Assembly (NCBI RefSeq): GCF_006345805.1
Contig: NW_021836179.1
Span: 124,001 to 188,000, forward strand
Direction of reading: 5' to 3'
Source of the DNA: Octopus sinensis
Taxonomy: Eukaryota
Length of the DNA stretch: 64,000 nucleotides
Numbering within the stretch: the stretch's first letter is position 1; every line of letters starts with the position of its first letter. Of this stretch, positions 24,716-37,146 are shown one piece after another. Made by a program: the position numbers and the translations under genes. Below the pieces are notes generated by a model that was not told where the DNA came from, made no database searches, and saw only the letters and a program-made list of their open reading frames with translations.

Positions 24716-24956
24716 TAAATCTGTGGTAAATCATTCTCTGGAATTACTGACTTGACTACAGACAAACGTTTTCATACAGGTGAGGAGCCATTTCACTGTG
24801 ATACCTGTGGTAAATCCTTCTCTGACAACCCCGAACTTAACACGACACCAACGTATTCATTCAGGGGAGAGACTATATCACTGTAGTATCTGGGGTTAAA
24901 CATTCTCTCGGAGAAGTAACTTAACTACACATGCATCTGTCCATGTAAAAGTGTGA
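24716..24956 (+). pseudogene. Three decayed zinc fingers downstream of the ZNF-D stop
   Basis: [12 protein letters not shown] / [11 protein letters not shown].. / (frameshifted) [16 protein letters not shown], matching the ZNF-C C-terminal fingers. Confidence 0.85.
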
Positions 24957-25247
24957 TTGCATCATTGTCAGACATCGTTAAAACACCCAACAACAATTAA
25001 TATTTGCCAACCTGGTGACCTCTTCTGCAGGCAATGTTGTAGTTGTAAGAGATGAAGATGAATCTAATCCCACTACTTGCCAGCAAAGCAAGGCCCAACT
25101 CTGCCAGACATGAATGTTGGTCAAGTGTGGCCGGGAACCAAACCTAAAGAGATGCTCCCCTGTGGCTCTCAAAGCCTCAACACAAACAACAACAACAATA
25201 AGAACAACAGAATCAACAAAACTAATGCAGCTTCACTGCAACCAACA

Positions 25248-25661
25248 ACAGCTGACTTGGCAGACACCCATAAAATTATTAACCATCTTACAAACAATAA
25301 CTCTGAGCACCTTTTCAAACTCCACCTGTCTAACACCCGTGGACATGTTTGCAAAGTCAGAAAACAGCACAGCTCCCATGACTTCAGAAAACATTTTTTC
25401 ACGCTAAGAGTTGCTGAAGCATGGAACAAACTGCCAGCATCAGTTGTTAGTTGTCGGAGCACTGCATCCTTCAAAACTTCCATGCTTCCTGAGATTCGCC
25501 AACACTACACCTGATTTTCTCCCCTCCATACACACACAAGCATGTATCTGACTCATACATTGTTCGCTTTCCAGACATTTCTACATTACTGCATATACTT
25601 TATACGCACTTTCTGACAAGTTGTGGTGCACCTGAGCACTGTATACAATAATTTCATTATA
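25248..25661 (+). mobile_element. CR1/L2-clade LINE 3' fragment
   Basis: THKIINHL..TRGH..KVRKQ..FFTLRVAEAWNKLP..* plus a 3' UTR ending CACCTGAGCACTGTATACAATAAT. Confidence 0.85.
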
Positions 25662-25955
25662 TTTAAGATTTTATAAAAAAATATCGCAATGCTAAGTTAT
25701 CTCCCTTGCATAGATACAGTCGTGGACAGGATGTATATATGAAACGGTGCCCTCCAACCTTTTTTCTACAATGGACCGGCTTCATGCCAGACAATAATTA
25801 TGCGGACCGGTTGTGGTACATGGATGATTCCATTGCATTTCGATTCAGAGGGGAAATAATAAAAGAGTGATTTATTAAAGAGAAGACAAAGTGTATAATT
25901 TTTTTCTCTCTCGTGTAGCGAATTTCTTTCGAATCTGAAAATTAGTTGAATTACA

Positions 25956-26338
25956 TACTCTCTTTCTTGTTTCAGTAATTTGACTGCGGCCATGCTGGAG
26001 CACCGCCTTTAATCGAGCAACTCGACCCCAGGACTTGTTCTTTTGTAAGCCCAGTACTTATTCTATCGGTCTCTTTTGCCGAACCGCTAAGTAACGGGGA
26101 CATAAACACACCAGCATCGGTTGTCAAGCAATGATACGGAGGACAAACACAGACACACACGCATATATATATATACATATATACGACGGGCTTCTTTCAG
26201 TTTCCGTCTACCAAATCCACTCACAAGACTGTGGTCGGCCTGGGGCTATAGCAGAAGGCACTTGCCCAAGGTGCCACACAGTGGGACTGAACCCGGAACC
26301 ATGTGGTTGGTAAACAAGCTACTTACCACTCCTGCGCC
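25956..26338 (-). mobile_element. SINE-1
   Basis: Family match. Confidence 0.85.
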
Positions 26339-27490
26339 TATAAATAAAAAATATACATTAATTGCAAAATGTAGCCAATGTTATTATAGATAGTAAAGGT
26401 AGACGTAAAATACTCAGTAATTATAGAATTATACTTTAATTATAAATGTGGTTACGGTTATGAGAGTATTGAGCAGAGATGAATATTGAATATTTAAACA
26501 ATTCTTTTAAAATTCAAGTCCAATATTCAATTTAATTATTATATAATTTTAAACAAACGAATTATTTCTTTGCAGCCTGGTAGCAAAAGTTCCACAGGTG
26601 GGTTCCGATATGCAATCCGTTGGTTGGGACTTCTCATATAAAATACAAAGTCCGTAGTTGCTCTCATATACAAGATTACATTGTCTGTCCTGTGTCCATT
26701 TATGGTTCTAGAAGATATTTTATATTTATGGTTACATAAGATACATATTTTGAGAAGCAATTTCGACATAGTATTTGTATCCAGTTTGGAACAGAAGTGG
26801 AAACAGATAGAATCCCATCTCCCTGTCTGTTGCCAGGGGCTACAAACAGAGAAACAGGTAAAAGAAGAAAAGAATATATTCAGCTGAATTTTATTGTTCA
26901 TCAATATTTTCTTTTTGTTTGATCAATATATGGTCACTTCACCTGCTAGAAACAACAGCTAAATTCTATGCAATTTAAGCCTTCTGGTTCTGAAAATTAA
27001 AGACTACTTGCTGATGTAATGCTGGATAAAGAACGTCAGAAAAAAAAACTGGAGAGTCATGGATGGAATGTAACTGCATCTGCTGAAGAAGTCTGAGGAT
27101 TAATATGCAAGAGAAAGAGAAAGACTGTTGCAGTGAGGGAGGTGGGTTTGTGAGTGTAAGAGGAGAGGGGGAGGTAGAGAGGGGGATGCAGTGAGTGGTG
27201 AAGCTTTGTATATTGAGGAGCAGAAAGAGAGAAATGATACAGTTGGAAGTGGGAGACTAGAAGACAGAGAGAGGAGAGAGTGGTGTTGGGGAGGAGGTGG
27301 AGGAAAGGGATTGTAGTGGATGATGAGGTGTAGTGGGGGGGGGGGAGAAGACATAATACACACCCTAATAAGGGACAGTCCAGGGGAAAGGAGGGGACTC
27401 CACTGAGATGAATGTCTGTCTTGGCATTGGTCCCATGTATTAACACCATCACAGAAGTTACAAGGTCTTCTAAACACTATCAGTGGTATC

Positions 27491-27522
<32 letters not shown>

Positions 27523-27609
27523 TCCTCCAGGGAAAATAATCTCTGTAAATATTTAGAGAGCAACAGTATTGAATCACCAAATTAAGATTTAGATGAAGAT
27601 CAGGATTTA

Positions 27610-30281
27610 CTGAAGATTTTGGATTTACATTTCCAGTCAACTTCTGCTCTGAAACTTCTCCAGTCTCAACAAATTGGGTCCAGATGTCATTGCAGAGCTT
27701 CTTGCATCAATCGAGGGCATTCATAATACAATTCATGGCATTTGCATTCTTCTTCATTCACCCGGGTCTCTTATTACTGAAGATTTTGGATTTCCATTTC
27801 CAGTCAACTTCTGCTCTGAAACTTCTCCAGTCTCAACAAATTGGGTCCAGATGTCATTGCAGAGCTTCTTGCATCAATCGAGGGCATTCATAATACAATT
27901 CATGGCATTTGCATTCTTCTTCATTCACCCGGGTCTCTTATTACTGAAGATTTTGGATTTCCATTTCCAGTCAACTTCTGCTCTGAAACTTCTCCAGTCT
28001 CAACAAATTGGGTCCAGATGTCATTGCAGAGCTTCTTGCATCAATCGAGGGCATTCATAATACAATTCATGGCATTTGCATTCTTCTTCATTCACCCAGG
28101 TCTCTTATTACTGAAGATTTTGGATTTCCATTTCCAGTCAACTTCTGCTCTGAAACTTCTCCAGTCTCAACAAATTGGGTCCAGATGTCATTGCAGAGCT
28201 TCTTGCATCAATCGAGGGCATTCATAATACAATTCATGGCATTTGCATTCTTCTTCATTCACCCAGGTCTCTTATTACTGAAGATTTTGGATTTCCATTT
28301 CCAGTCAACTTCTGCTCTGAAACTTCTCCAGTCTCAACAAATTGGGTCCAGATGTCATTGCAGAGCTTCTTGCATCAATCGAGGGCATTCATAATACAAT
28401 TCATGGCATTTGCATTCTTCTTCATTCACCCAGGTCTCTTATTACTGAAGATTTTGGATTTCCATTTCCAGTCAACTTCTGCTCTGAAACTTCTCCAGTC
28501 TCAACAAATTGGGTCCAGATGTCATTGCATGGCTTCTTGCATCAATCGAGGGCATTCATAATACAATTCATGGCATTTGCATTCTTCTTCATTCACCCAG
28601 GTCTCTTACTACTGAAGATTTTGGATTTCCATTTCCAGTCAACTTCTGCTCTGAAACTTCTCCAGTCTCAACAAATTGGGTCCAGATGTCATTGCAGAGC
28701 TTCTTGCATCAATCGAGGGCATTCATAATACAATTCATGGCATTTGCATTCTTCTTCATTCACCCAGGTCTCTTATTACTGAAGATTTTGGATTTCCATT
28801 TCCAGTCAACTTCTGCTCTGAAACTTCTCCAGTCTCAACAAATTGGGTCCAGATGTCATTGCAGAGCTTCTTGCATCAATCGAGGGCATTCATAATACAA
28901 TTCATGGCATTTGCATTCTTCTTCATTCACCCAGGTCTCTTATTACTGAAGATTTTGGATTTCCATTTCCAGTCAACTTCTGCTCTGAAACTTCTCCAGT
29001 CTCAACAAATTGGGTCCAGATGTCATTGCAGAGCTTCTTGCATCAATCGAGGGCATTCATAATACAATTCATGGCATTTGCATTCTTCTTCATTCACCCA
29101 GGTCTCTTACTACTGAAGATTTTGGATTTCCATTTCCAGTCAACTTCTGCTCTGAAACTTCTCCAGTCTCAACAAATTGGGTCCAGATGTCATTGCAGAG
29201 CTTCTTGCATCAATCGAGGGCATTCATAATACAATTCATGGCATTTGCATTCTTCTTCATTCACCCAGGTCTCTTATTACTGAAGATTTTGGATTTCCAT
29301 TTCCAGTCAACTTCTGCTCTGAAACTTCTCCAGTCTCAACAAATTGGGTCCAGATGTCATTGCAGAGCTTCTTGCATCAATCGAGGGCATTCATAATACA
29401 ATTCATGGCATTTGCATTCTTCTTCATTCACCCAGGTCTCTTACTACTGAAGATTTTGGATTTCCATTTCCAGTCAACTTCTGCTCTGAAACTTCTCCAG
29501 TCTCAACAAATTGGGTCCAGATGTCATTGCAGAGCTTCTTGCATCAATCGAGGGCATTCATAATACAATTCATGGCATTTGCATTCTTCTTCATTCACCC
29601 AGGTCTCTTATTACTGAAGATTTTGGATTTCCATTTCCAGTCAACTTCTGCTCTGAAACTTCTCCAGTCTCAACAAATTGGGTCCAGATGTCATTGCAGA
29701 GCTTCTTGCATCAATCGAGGGCATTCATAATACAATTCATGGCATTTGCATTCTTCTTCATTCACCCAGGTCTCTTATTACTGAAGATTTTGGATTTCCA
29801 TTTCCAGTCAACTTCTGCTCTGAAACTTCTCCAGTCTCAACAAATTGGGTCCAGATGTCATTGCAGAGCTTCTTGCATCAATCGAGGGCATTCATAATAC
29901 AATTCATGGCATTTGCATTCTTCTTCATTCACCCAGGTCTCTTATTACTGAAGATTTTGGATTTCCATTTCCAGTCAACTTCTGCTCTGAAACTTCTCCA
30001 GTCTCAACAAATTGGGTCCAGATGTCATTGCAGAGCTTCTTGCATCAATCGAGGGCATTCATAATACAATTCATGGCATTTGCATTCTTCTTCATTCACC
30101 CAGGTCTCTTATTACTGAAGATTTTGGATTTCCATTTCCAGTCAACTTCTGCTCTGAAACTTCTCTAGTCTCAACAAATTGGGTCCAGATGTCATTGCAG
30201 AGCTTCTTACATCAATCGAGGGCATTCATAATACAATTCATGGCATTTGCATTCTTCTTCATTCACCCGGGTCTCTTATTA
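27610..30281. repeat. 167-bp satellite, 16 near-identical units
   Basis: Exact 167-nt period from 27610 to 30281; single-copy in units 2 and 3 and near 60215-60385 (inverted, diverged). Confidence 0.97.
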
Positions 30282-31072
30282 CTGTGCAGCACCACATGTT
30301 TATGATAAAATTTCACTTCTACACAGAGAATATCCAGATTCTTGTCTTTGGTAAGGCTCCAAGGTCATGTTTTTTTGGGGGTTTTTTTCGCAAAACACTC
30401 GACAGATTCGAGAAATGGTTTGTCCGCAACCTTATGCCTCTTCTTGGGAGTGTAAGAAACAACATTGCCCTGTCTTCTTTTTTCTCCAAAACACAATCTT
30501 CAACTTGGTCCTGAATAGAATGGATAGAATACACATTCATGTGCTTGCCTGTCTGTGTTTGTGTATATATGCACCTCTGTCCCCTTGTGTGTGTGTGTGT
30601 TATGTAACTATGTACCATGTTTGTATGTATGGATGTGCATCTTTATATGTGAGGATCTGTGTCTCCAAATGTGTCTGTTCATATAGTCTACATACCTATC
30701 CGTCTGTATATTGATCTGTATATTGATAACAGCTTGTTATCACACACACATATCTTTTTTTACTATGTGAATAAATTTATGTTTACAAGTTATTTTCTGA
30801 ATGGAATGGATTTTAAAAAGCAACCTGTGTCCAGGTAAACTATGTGAATGCCAGGTAAGAATCTACTAAAGTGGCTGAAGTGGTTGGCATAGGGAAGGGC
30901 ATCTGGCTGTAAAAAAACCATCTCAATGTGGTAACTTTGATGAGTATGGTTTCTGTCAGGAGTTAATGATTGCTGTTAAGGGCACAAAGGTTAAGCCGTG
31001 ATTTACCAGAGAGAATGGTTTTAAGATTTCGGCTGTTGTTGGATGTTCTAATGAATTCTGACAATGATACAA

Positions 31073-32020
31073 TCACACTTTTACATGGACAGATGCATGT
31101 GTAGTTAAGTTACTTCTCTGAGAGAAAGATTTTCCACAGATATCACAATTATATGGCATCTCACCTGTATGAATATGTTTGTGTTTAGTTAAATTTGAGT
31201 TGTCAGAGAATGATTTGCCACAGATATCACAGTGATGTGGTTTTTCTCTCGTATGAATACGTTTGTGAGTAGTTAAGCTGTTGCTCTGAGAGAATGATTT
31301 ATCACAGATGTCACAGTGATATGGTTTCTCCCCTGTATGAACACGTCTGTGCTTAATTAAGTTCTGTTTTGCAGTGAATGATTTACCACAGGTGTCACAC
31401 TGATATGGTCTTTCCCCTGTGTGAATATATTTGTGAGTAGTTAACACACTATTTTGAAAGAATGATGTACCACAGATATTGCAGCGATATGGCTTCTTTC
31501 CTGTGTGAATACGTTTGTGTGTTGTTAAGGCATTACCTTCAGAGAATGACTTACCACAGGTAACACATTGAAATGGCTTTTCTCCTGTATGAAAACGTTT
31601 GTGTCTGTGTAAGTGACCATACAAAGTGAATCCCTTACCACAGATATCACAGGGATATGGTTTCTCTCCTGTGTGAATATATTTGTGTTTAGTTAACGTA
31701 CTACTTGCAGAAAATGATTTACCACAGACATCACAGTGAAATGGTTTCTCCCCTGTATGGATACGCTTGTGATATGTTAAATGACAATTATGAGAGAATG
31801 ATTTACCACAGGTATCACAGTCAAATGGCCGCTCCCCGGTATGAATACGTTTATGTCCAGTTAAGTGATGTCTTAGAGAGAATGATTTACCACAGGTATC
31901 ACAGTCAAATGGCTTCTCACCTGTATGAACACGAATGTGTTTAATCAAATCATTACCTGTGTGGAAGAATTTACCACAGATTTCACACCAATGTTGTGAT
32001 TCTCTCAGTTCTTTTGACAT
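31073..32020 (-). CDS. ZNF-E1: C2H2 zinc-finger protein, 315 aa, 11 fingers
   Basis: Intact ATG ORF; acceptor at 32425; uORF at 32025-32051. Confidence 0.95.
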   Translation of the reverse strand: MSKELRESQHWCEICGKFFHTGNDLIKHIRVHTGEKPFDCDTCGKSFSLRHHLTGHKRIHTGERPFDCDTCGKSFSHNCHLTYHKRIHTGEKPFHCDVCGKSFSASSTLTKHKYIHTGEKPYPCDICGKGFTLYGHLHRHKRFHTGEKPFQCVTCGKSFSEGNALTTHKRIHTGKKPYRCNICGTSFFQNSVLTTHKYIHTGERPYQCDTCGKSFTAKQNLIKHRRVHTGEKPYHCDICDKSFSQSNSLTTHKRIHTREKPHHCDICGKSFSDNSNLTKHKHIHTGEMPYNCDICGKSFSQRSNLTTHASVHVKV

Positions 32021-32567
32021 TTCTCTAAAGGATACAAATCAACCCAACCATTGAAGTTTCTCACAGTATCAAATTTTTCCTTTACCGTTCTTCTCTAACC
32101 AAATCATATAATTTCCTTTTTCTTGTTCTTTTGTAATAATTTATTCCTCAGAAATATTTCTACTGCTATCAACAGTGATCATTATCAATATCTAAAGATG
32201 CTGTTTAATTAGAATGCAAAAGCACCCGGGTAATGAGATGGAGAAATGTTGCTATGAATCTCAGGTGAGAGCCAATATTTCACAGCAATCCAACCCTAGA
32301 TTTATAGCAGTAGGGTTATTATATCTGTTCCCTAAGACATTTTCCTTTAGTCTTTAAGACATGATAGATATTCCAGATGTATCCAATATACAGAAGTCGT
32401 TTTGTGCCTATGTCATCTGTGAATCTGAAATAATAAAGAAACAGTTTTAGATAGAGAGGAGAGATCAAAATGGAAATGTTACAACATTTCTTTATTAATT
32501 AACAAATGGCATCATATAACATTGGGTGAAATCTAAAAATCTGTAGACTACAACTACTCCATCACAC

Positions 32568-32614
<47 letters not shown>

Positions 32615-32620
32615 ATTCAC

Positions 32621-32901
32621 ACAAGAAAAAAGCAGCAAGAATGGATTAGTTGTTCAGTACAATTGTTTCATACAAAGAACAGATTTATTAAAAGCTGCAA
32701 ATACAAGTGTCCCGTATTCATCAGCCAAAACACATATGAGTTTACCAAACCCCTAGGATGTTTGGAAAACTCATATGTGTTTTGGCTGATGAATACAGGA
32801 CACTTGTATTTGCTGCAATATTTGCAGCTTTAAATAAATCTGTTCTTCGTATGAAACAATTGTACTGAACAACTGATCCATTCTTGTTGCTTTTTTCTTG
32901 T
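32621..32901. repeat. ~280-bp near-perfect palindrome (foldback/MITE-like) in the ZNF-E intron; copies at 40342-40623 and 48406-48687
   Basis: Arms of ~130 bp with 6 substitutions and one 12-nt insertion around a ~10-nt loop (CCCTAGGAT). Confidence 0.9.
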
Positions 32902-33178
32902 TTATAATCACCCCACATTATTTTATGGTTAATACCATAAAGATTTCTGGTGCATATAAGTTAAGTACCACATTCATGTGAATTCATTGGAACTCACTTG
33001 AATCTTAATTATTTTACTGAAAAGAAATATATACATATATATATATAATATATTAAATTAGAGACAAAACCACTATTAGGCAAATCATATAATATATTAC
33101 TATAAAATTGGATTTAATCCTAAATCTGATTTTTCCCTGTAAGTTTGGATTTATTCCCTAATATTTATTATTATTATC

Positions 33179-33798
33179 TGTCCTTGGTCCCCTCTTGTTT
33201 GTGGCATACATTAACGACATAGATGCCAATTTAAAGAATGCCACAGTATTGAAATATTTTGTTAGCCGCTCCCCAGCCATCTATTTAAAACTGTATACAG
33301 CTATGGTACGACCACACTTGGAATTCGCATCATCAGTTTGTAACCCCTATCTTGCACAGAACATTGACCTCCTGGAATCTGTCCAGAGACGTGCAACCAA
33401 ACGCATACCCTCCATCAGACACCTACCATATTCTGAGCGCCTTGTTTCCCTGAGCATGGATTCACTGAAGCTCCGGCGTCTGGCGACGGACTTGGTAAAC
33501 ACCCACAAGGTTATCAACCACCTCACCAACAACAACACTGAACACCTTTTTGATCTCCATGTGTCTAACACACGTGGACATGCCTACAAAGTCAGAAAAC
33601 AACACAGCTCCCATGACTTTCGGAAACATTTTTTCACGCTGAGAGTTGCTGAAGCATGGAACAAACTGCCTGCGTCAGTTGTTGACTGCCATGACACTGC
33701 ATCTTTTAAGGCCCTCATGCTTTCTGAAATCCGCCGAAACTACACCTGATTATATATACACTTTAGATGAGTTGTAGTGCACCTGAGCACTGTACACA

Positions 33799-33825
<27 letters not shown>
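33179..33825 (+). mobile_element. 5'-truncated CR1/L2-clade LINE with a 318-bp in-frame deletion
   Basis: Same element as 40897 and 48961 but lacking 106 codons from the ADD of YADD onward; (ATT)n tail. Confidence 0.88.
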
Positions 33826-33839
<14 letters not shown>

Positions 33840-34269
33840 TACGCACATACATTGGATGAGGAGAGCTGTGTAAATAAAGTACCACTCCCAAACAGTTGAA
33901 TGAATCCGGGGTTGAGGTAGACCCAGGAAGACATGGGATGAGGTAGTGAAGCATGGCCTTTGAACATTATGCCTCACAGAGGCAATGACAAAAAAACCGA
34001 GACCTCTGGAGATATGCTGCGACTGCGAAGAACTGGCAAAGTGCCATTTCTCATAAGGTCCACTGCGACAAGAATACTCGTGCAATTCATTGATGCAATT
34101 TCGACTGTGAATCGATTTTACGTTTGTAAAATAGGAAATTAGGCCGTGTTGTGTTGAGGGTCTCATTCCGTCTGTTCTTTGGTGAAACTTAGTCTAACTT
34201 TGGAAGATTCTGCTCAACATCGCTCACTGAAGCGTAGTGTTGTGTGCTCTGGAGGAGGAAAACAATCCG

Positions 34270-34780
34270 AATTAGATATGACCAGAGAAGGGGGAGGCAG
34301 CAAGGAAGGCCACAGTCGTCCCTCAGGAACCACAAAGTGTAAAGATGAAAACCTGGTCATCTTATACACGGTATAAGTATTCCCGGATTTCTGGAAGCCG
34401 GATAAGAGATCCGGCACCTACGATCGATCGATCGATAGATAGGTGTGGATATCTTACTTGTTATGCTACACAAATCAATATTTAGAGTGAAAATATGTTT
34501 ACTCACCTCAAAATCTCGTGAAAAACAAACAAAAACACTTTACGGTTCTTCTCCCGCGTCAGGCAGGATGTAGCGGAAACGGAAGTGTGGGGTGTCATGT
34601 GACAATAGTAATCCGCCCCCTCTTTCGATCTGCGGGGATCTCCCCCCTCCCGTCCCCAGAACCAACTCCTTAAGGGGTACTTATTCCCTCCGCTCCAAAA
34701 GGGGAGGAGGAAATAGGGACTATGAAAACTCTGCGCTCGATATAATCGTCTCGTCCCCTTCTGGCAAAATTTGAAACCCT
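34270..34780 (-). promoter_or_regulatory. Promoter/exon-1 module of ZNF-E1 (copies at ~42310-42820 and ~50378-50890)
   Basis: GTCATGTGAC (34594-34603), CGGAAACGGAAGT tandem ETS, donor GAG|GTGAGT at 34506, upstream GC-box-like CCGCCCCC. Confidence 0.68.
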
Positions 34781-34784
34781 TAAA

Positions 34785-34980
34785 TAATAATAATAATAAC
34801 GAAATTATTGTATCCAGGGCTCAGGTGCCCCACAACCTGTCAGAAAGTGTGTAATAAAGCATATGGAGTAATGTAGAAATGCCTGGGAAGCGAACAGTGT
34901 ATGAGTCAGATACGTGCTTGTGTGTGTATGGAGGGGAGAAAGATCAGGTGTAGTGTTGGTGAATCTCAGGAAGCATGGAA
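34785..34980 (-). mobile_element. CR1/L2 3'-UTR fragment (copies at ~42845-43045, ~50915-51113; related copy at 57862-58065)
   Basis: Reverse complement matches the 3' end of the LINE at 25490-25661; (TTA)n tail. Confidence 0.75.
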
Positions 34981-35139
34981 TATTATGATCAATAATTGCT
35001 AAGAGGCTAAATTACGGTATGGGTACCGTTGCAGTCAAACTGGTGAACATTCTTTTGTTTACATTTGAAGAAGAAGATCGTTGCTCACCGTAAAAATTTC
35101 TATTTTTTTATATATGTGGGATGGGGGAAGGGTGTCTTT

Positions 35140-35590
35140 TTCAAGTCGGCATATTCCCGGATTTCTGGAAGCCAGGTAAGAGGTCCGGCACGTATGATCA
35201 ATCGATAGATAGGTATGTAAAGGCGGCGAGCTGGCAGAATCGTTAGCACGCCGGGCGAAATGTGTAGCCGTATTTCGTCCGCCGCTACGTTCTGGGTTCA
35301 AATTCCGCCGAGGTCGACTTTGCCTTTCATCCTTTCGGGGTCGATAAATAAAGTACCAGCTATCCACTGGGGTCGATGTAATCGACTTAATGCCTTTCTT
35401 TGTCCCCTCTATGTTTAGCCCCTTGTGGGCAATAAATAAATATATGCTATACAAATCAATATTTAGTGTGAAAATATATTTACTCACACCAAAATCTCCG
35501 TGTAGAACATACAAAAATATGTTATTGATATTCTCCTGGGTGAAACAGGTTGTAACGGAAAACACTCGGCGAGAAACGGAAGAAAATTTG
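35140..35590 (-). promoter_or_regulatory. Second, degenerate exon-1 module interrupted by SINE-2 (copies at ~43207-43655 and ~51275-51725)
   Basis: Homologous to module 1 (CTGGAAGCCAGGTAAGAGGTCCGGCAC; TTTACTCACACCAAAATCTCCG; AAACGGAAG); the CAG|GTAAG donor was lost at the SINE insertion. Confidence 0.55.
35222..35442 (+). mobile_element. SINE-2, full length (copies at 43289-43508 and 51357-51576)
   Basis: A box TGGCAGAATCG, B box GGTTCAAATTCC, central GTCGACTTTGCCTTTCATCCTTTCGGGGTCGATAAATAAAGTACCAG (recalls the Meta/MESC SINE core; not verified), A-rich tail. Confidence 0.88.
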
Positions 35591-35769
35591 AAGAAAGAAG
35601 GAAAAAAAATAGTAATAATATTTTGATGCAAATCACCATGGTTACTGTGGTTAATATCTTGGCTGTGATAAACGCATCTTCGTTGTTCCCAGCAACGGCC
35701 TTGGTGGCCATGTTCTTAAAGACACCAGCATCGGTTCTCAAGCGATGTTGAGTGGGCGGACAAACACAG

Positions 35770-35820
<51 letters not shown>

Positions 35821-36290
35821 CATATATATGACAGGCTTCTTTCAGTTTCCGTCACAAGGCACTGGTCGGTCTGGGGCTATAGCAGAAGACACTTGCCCAA
35901 GATGCCACGCAGTGAGGCTGAACCCCGAACCATGTGGTTAGTTAGCAAGCTACTTACCACACAGCCACTCCTGCGCCTATATATATATTTTATATTTTTC
36001 GTTCCAGCACACGATCTCAGATCAGGTCACTTGCTATGCAAGTACATCTCCATAATAAAAATATATATCATCCTTTCCCTGAACAGCCACCTCAGGGGCA
36101 CCCAACAAGTTGAAGGGGCTCACTCACTCGCTATAGAGTAACTACTCAGACACGAGTCAGCGCCACCAATGATGATATACATGTTGTCGTGATAATGGAA
36201 TTGCTTTTATTTTTACTCCTGAATATTTTGGAAGATTTAAAAGCAGAAGTTTCTAAGCAGCCATGGATCCAATTATTGCTAAGCGTTCGC

Positions 36291-36510
36291 TTCATCATCA
36301 TCATCATCGTTTAACATCCGTTTTCCGCGCTAGCACGGGTTGATGGTTCGACCGGGGATCTGGGAAGCCAGGGGCTGCACCAGGCTCCAGTCTGATCTGG
36401 CAGTATTTCTACAGCTGGATGCCCTTCCTAACGCCAACCACTCCATGAGTGTAGTGGGTGCTTCTTACGTGCCACTGGCACAAGTGCCAGGGGAGTCTGG
36501 CAGCGGCTAC
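36291..36510 (-). mobile_element. SINE-3 type repeat with (GAT)n tail; second copy at 36961-37140, with duplicates in units 2, 3 and the inverted segment
   Basis: GGTTGGCGTTAGGAAGGGCATCCAGCTGTAGAAA...GATGATGATG on the minus strand, multi-copy in the window. Confidence 0.65.
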
Positions 36511-36719
36511 GATCGGTTGGTGCTATTAACAATTTCATAAAATTGACATGGCTTAATACTTTGTCCGCATCAGCATTTATAAGTGGTACAATTAGAAGTA
36601 TCAAAATTAACTTAAATATTCATCGTCTGAAAGTCTCCACTTTTGGATGTGTGCATGTATATATATATGTACATACATACATATATATGTATATACATAC
36701 ATATATATGTATATACATA

Positions 36720-36935
36720 GGCGCAGGAGTGGCTCTGTGGTAAGTAGCTTGCTTACCAGCCACATGGTTCTGGGTTCAGTCCCTCTGCATGGCATCTTGG
36801 GCAAGTGTCTTCTGCTATAGCCTTGGGCCGACCAATGCCTTGTGAGTGGATTTGGTAGACGGAAACTGAAAGAAGTCTGTCATATATATGGTTATATATA
36901 TATGTGTGTGTGTATGTGTTTGCCCCTCTAGCATT
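36720..36935 (+). mobile_element. SINE-1 5' half (copies at ~44787, ~53014 and inverted at ~63226-63442)
   Basis: Head and core match the family. Confidence 0.8.
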
Positions 36936-37146
36936 GAACAAATTTCAACTATATATATATCATCATCATCATCATCATTTAGCGTCCGCTTTCCATGCTA
37001 GCATGGGTTGGACAGTTCAACTGGGGTCTGGGAAGCCAGAAGGCTGCACCAGGCCCAGTCTGATCTGGCAATGTTTCAACGGCTGGATGGCCTTCCTAAC
37101 GCCAACCACTCCGTGAGTGTAGTGGGTGCTCTTTACGTGGCTGGTG

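Noticed and set aside
27610-30281. CRISPR-like array
   Set aside because: Contiguous identical units with no unique spacers, in a eukaryotic context with no cas genes.
27674-30514. Sixteen overlapping 97-128 aa ORFs (MGPDVIAELL...)
   Set aside because: Artefacts of the 167-bp period; they start at TTG, lie antisense to ZNF-E1 and have no coding signature.
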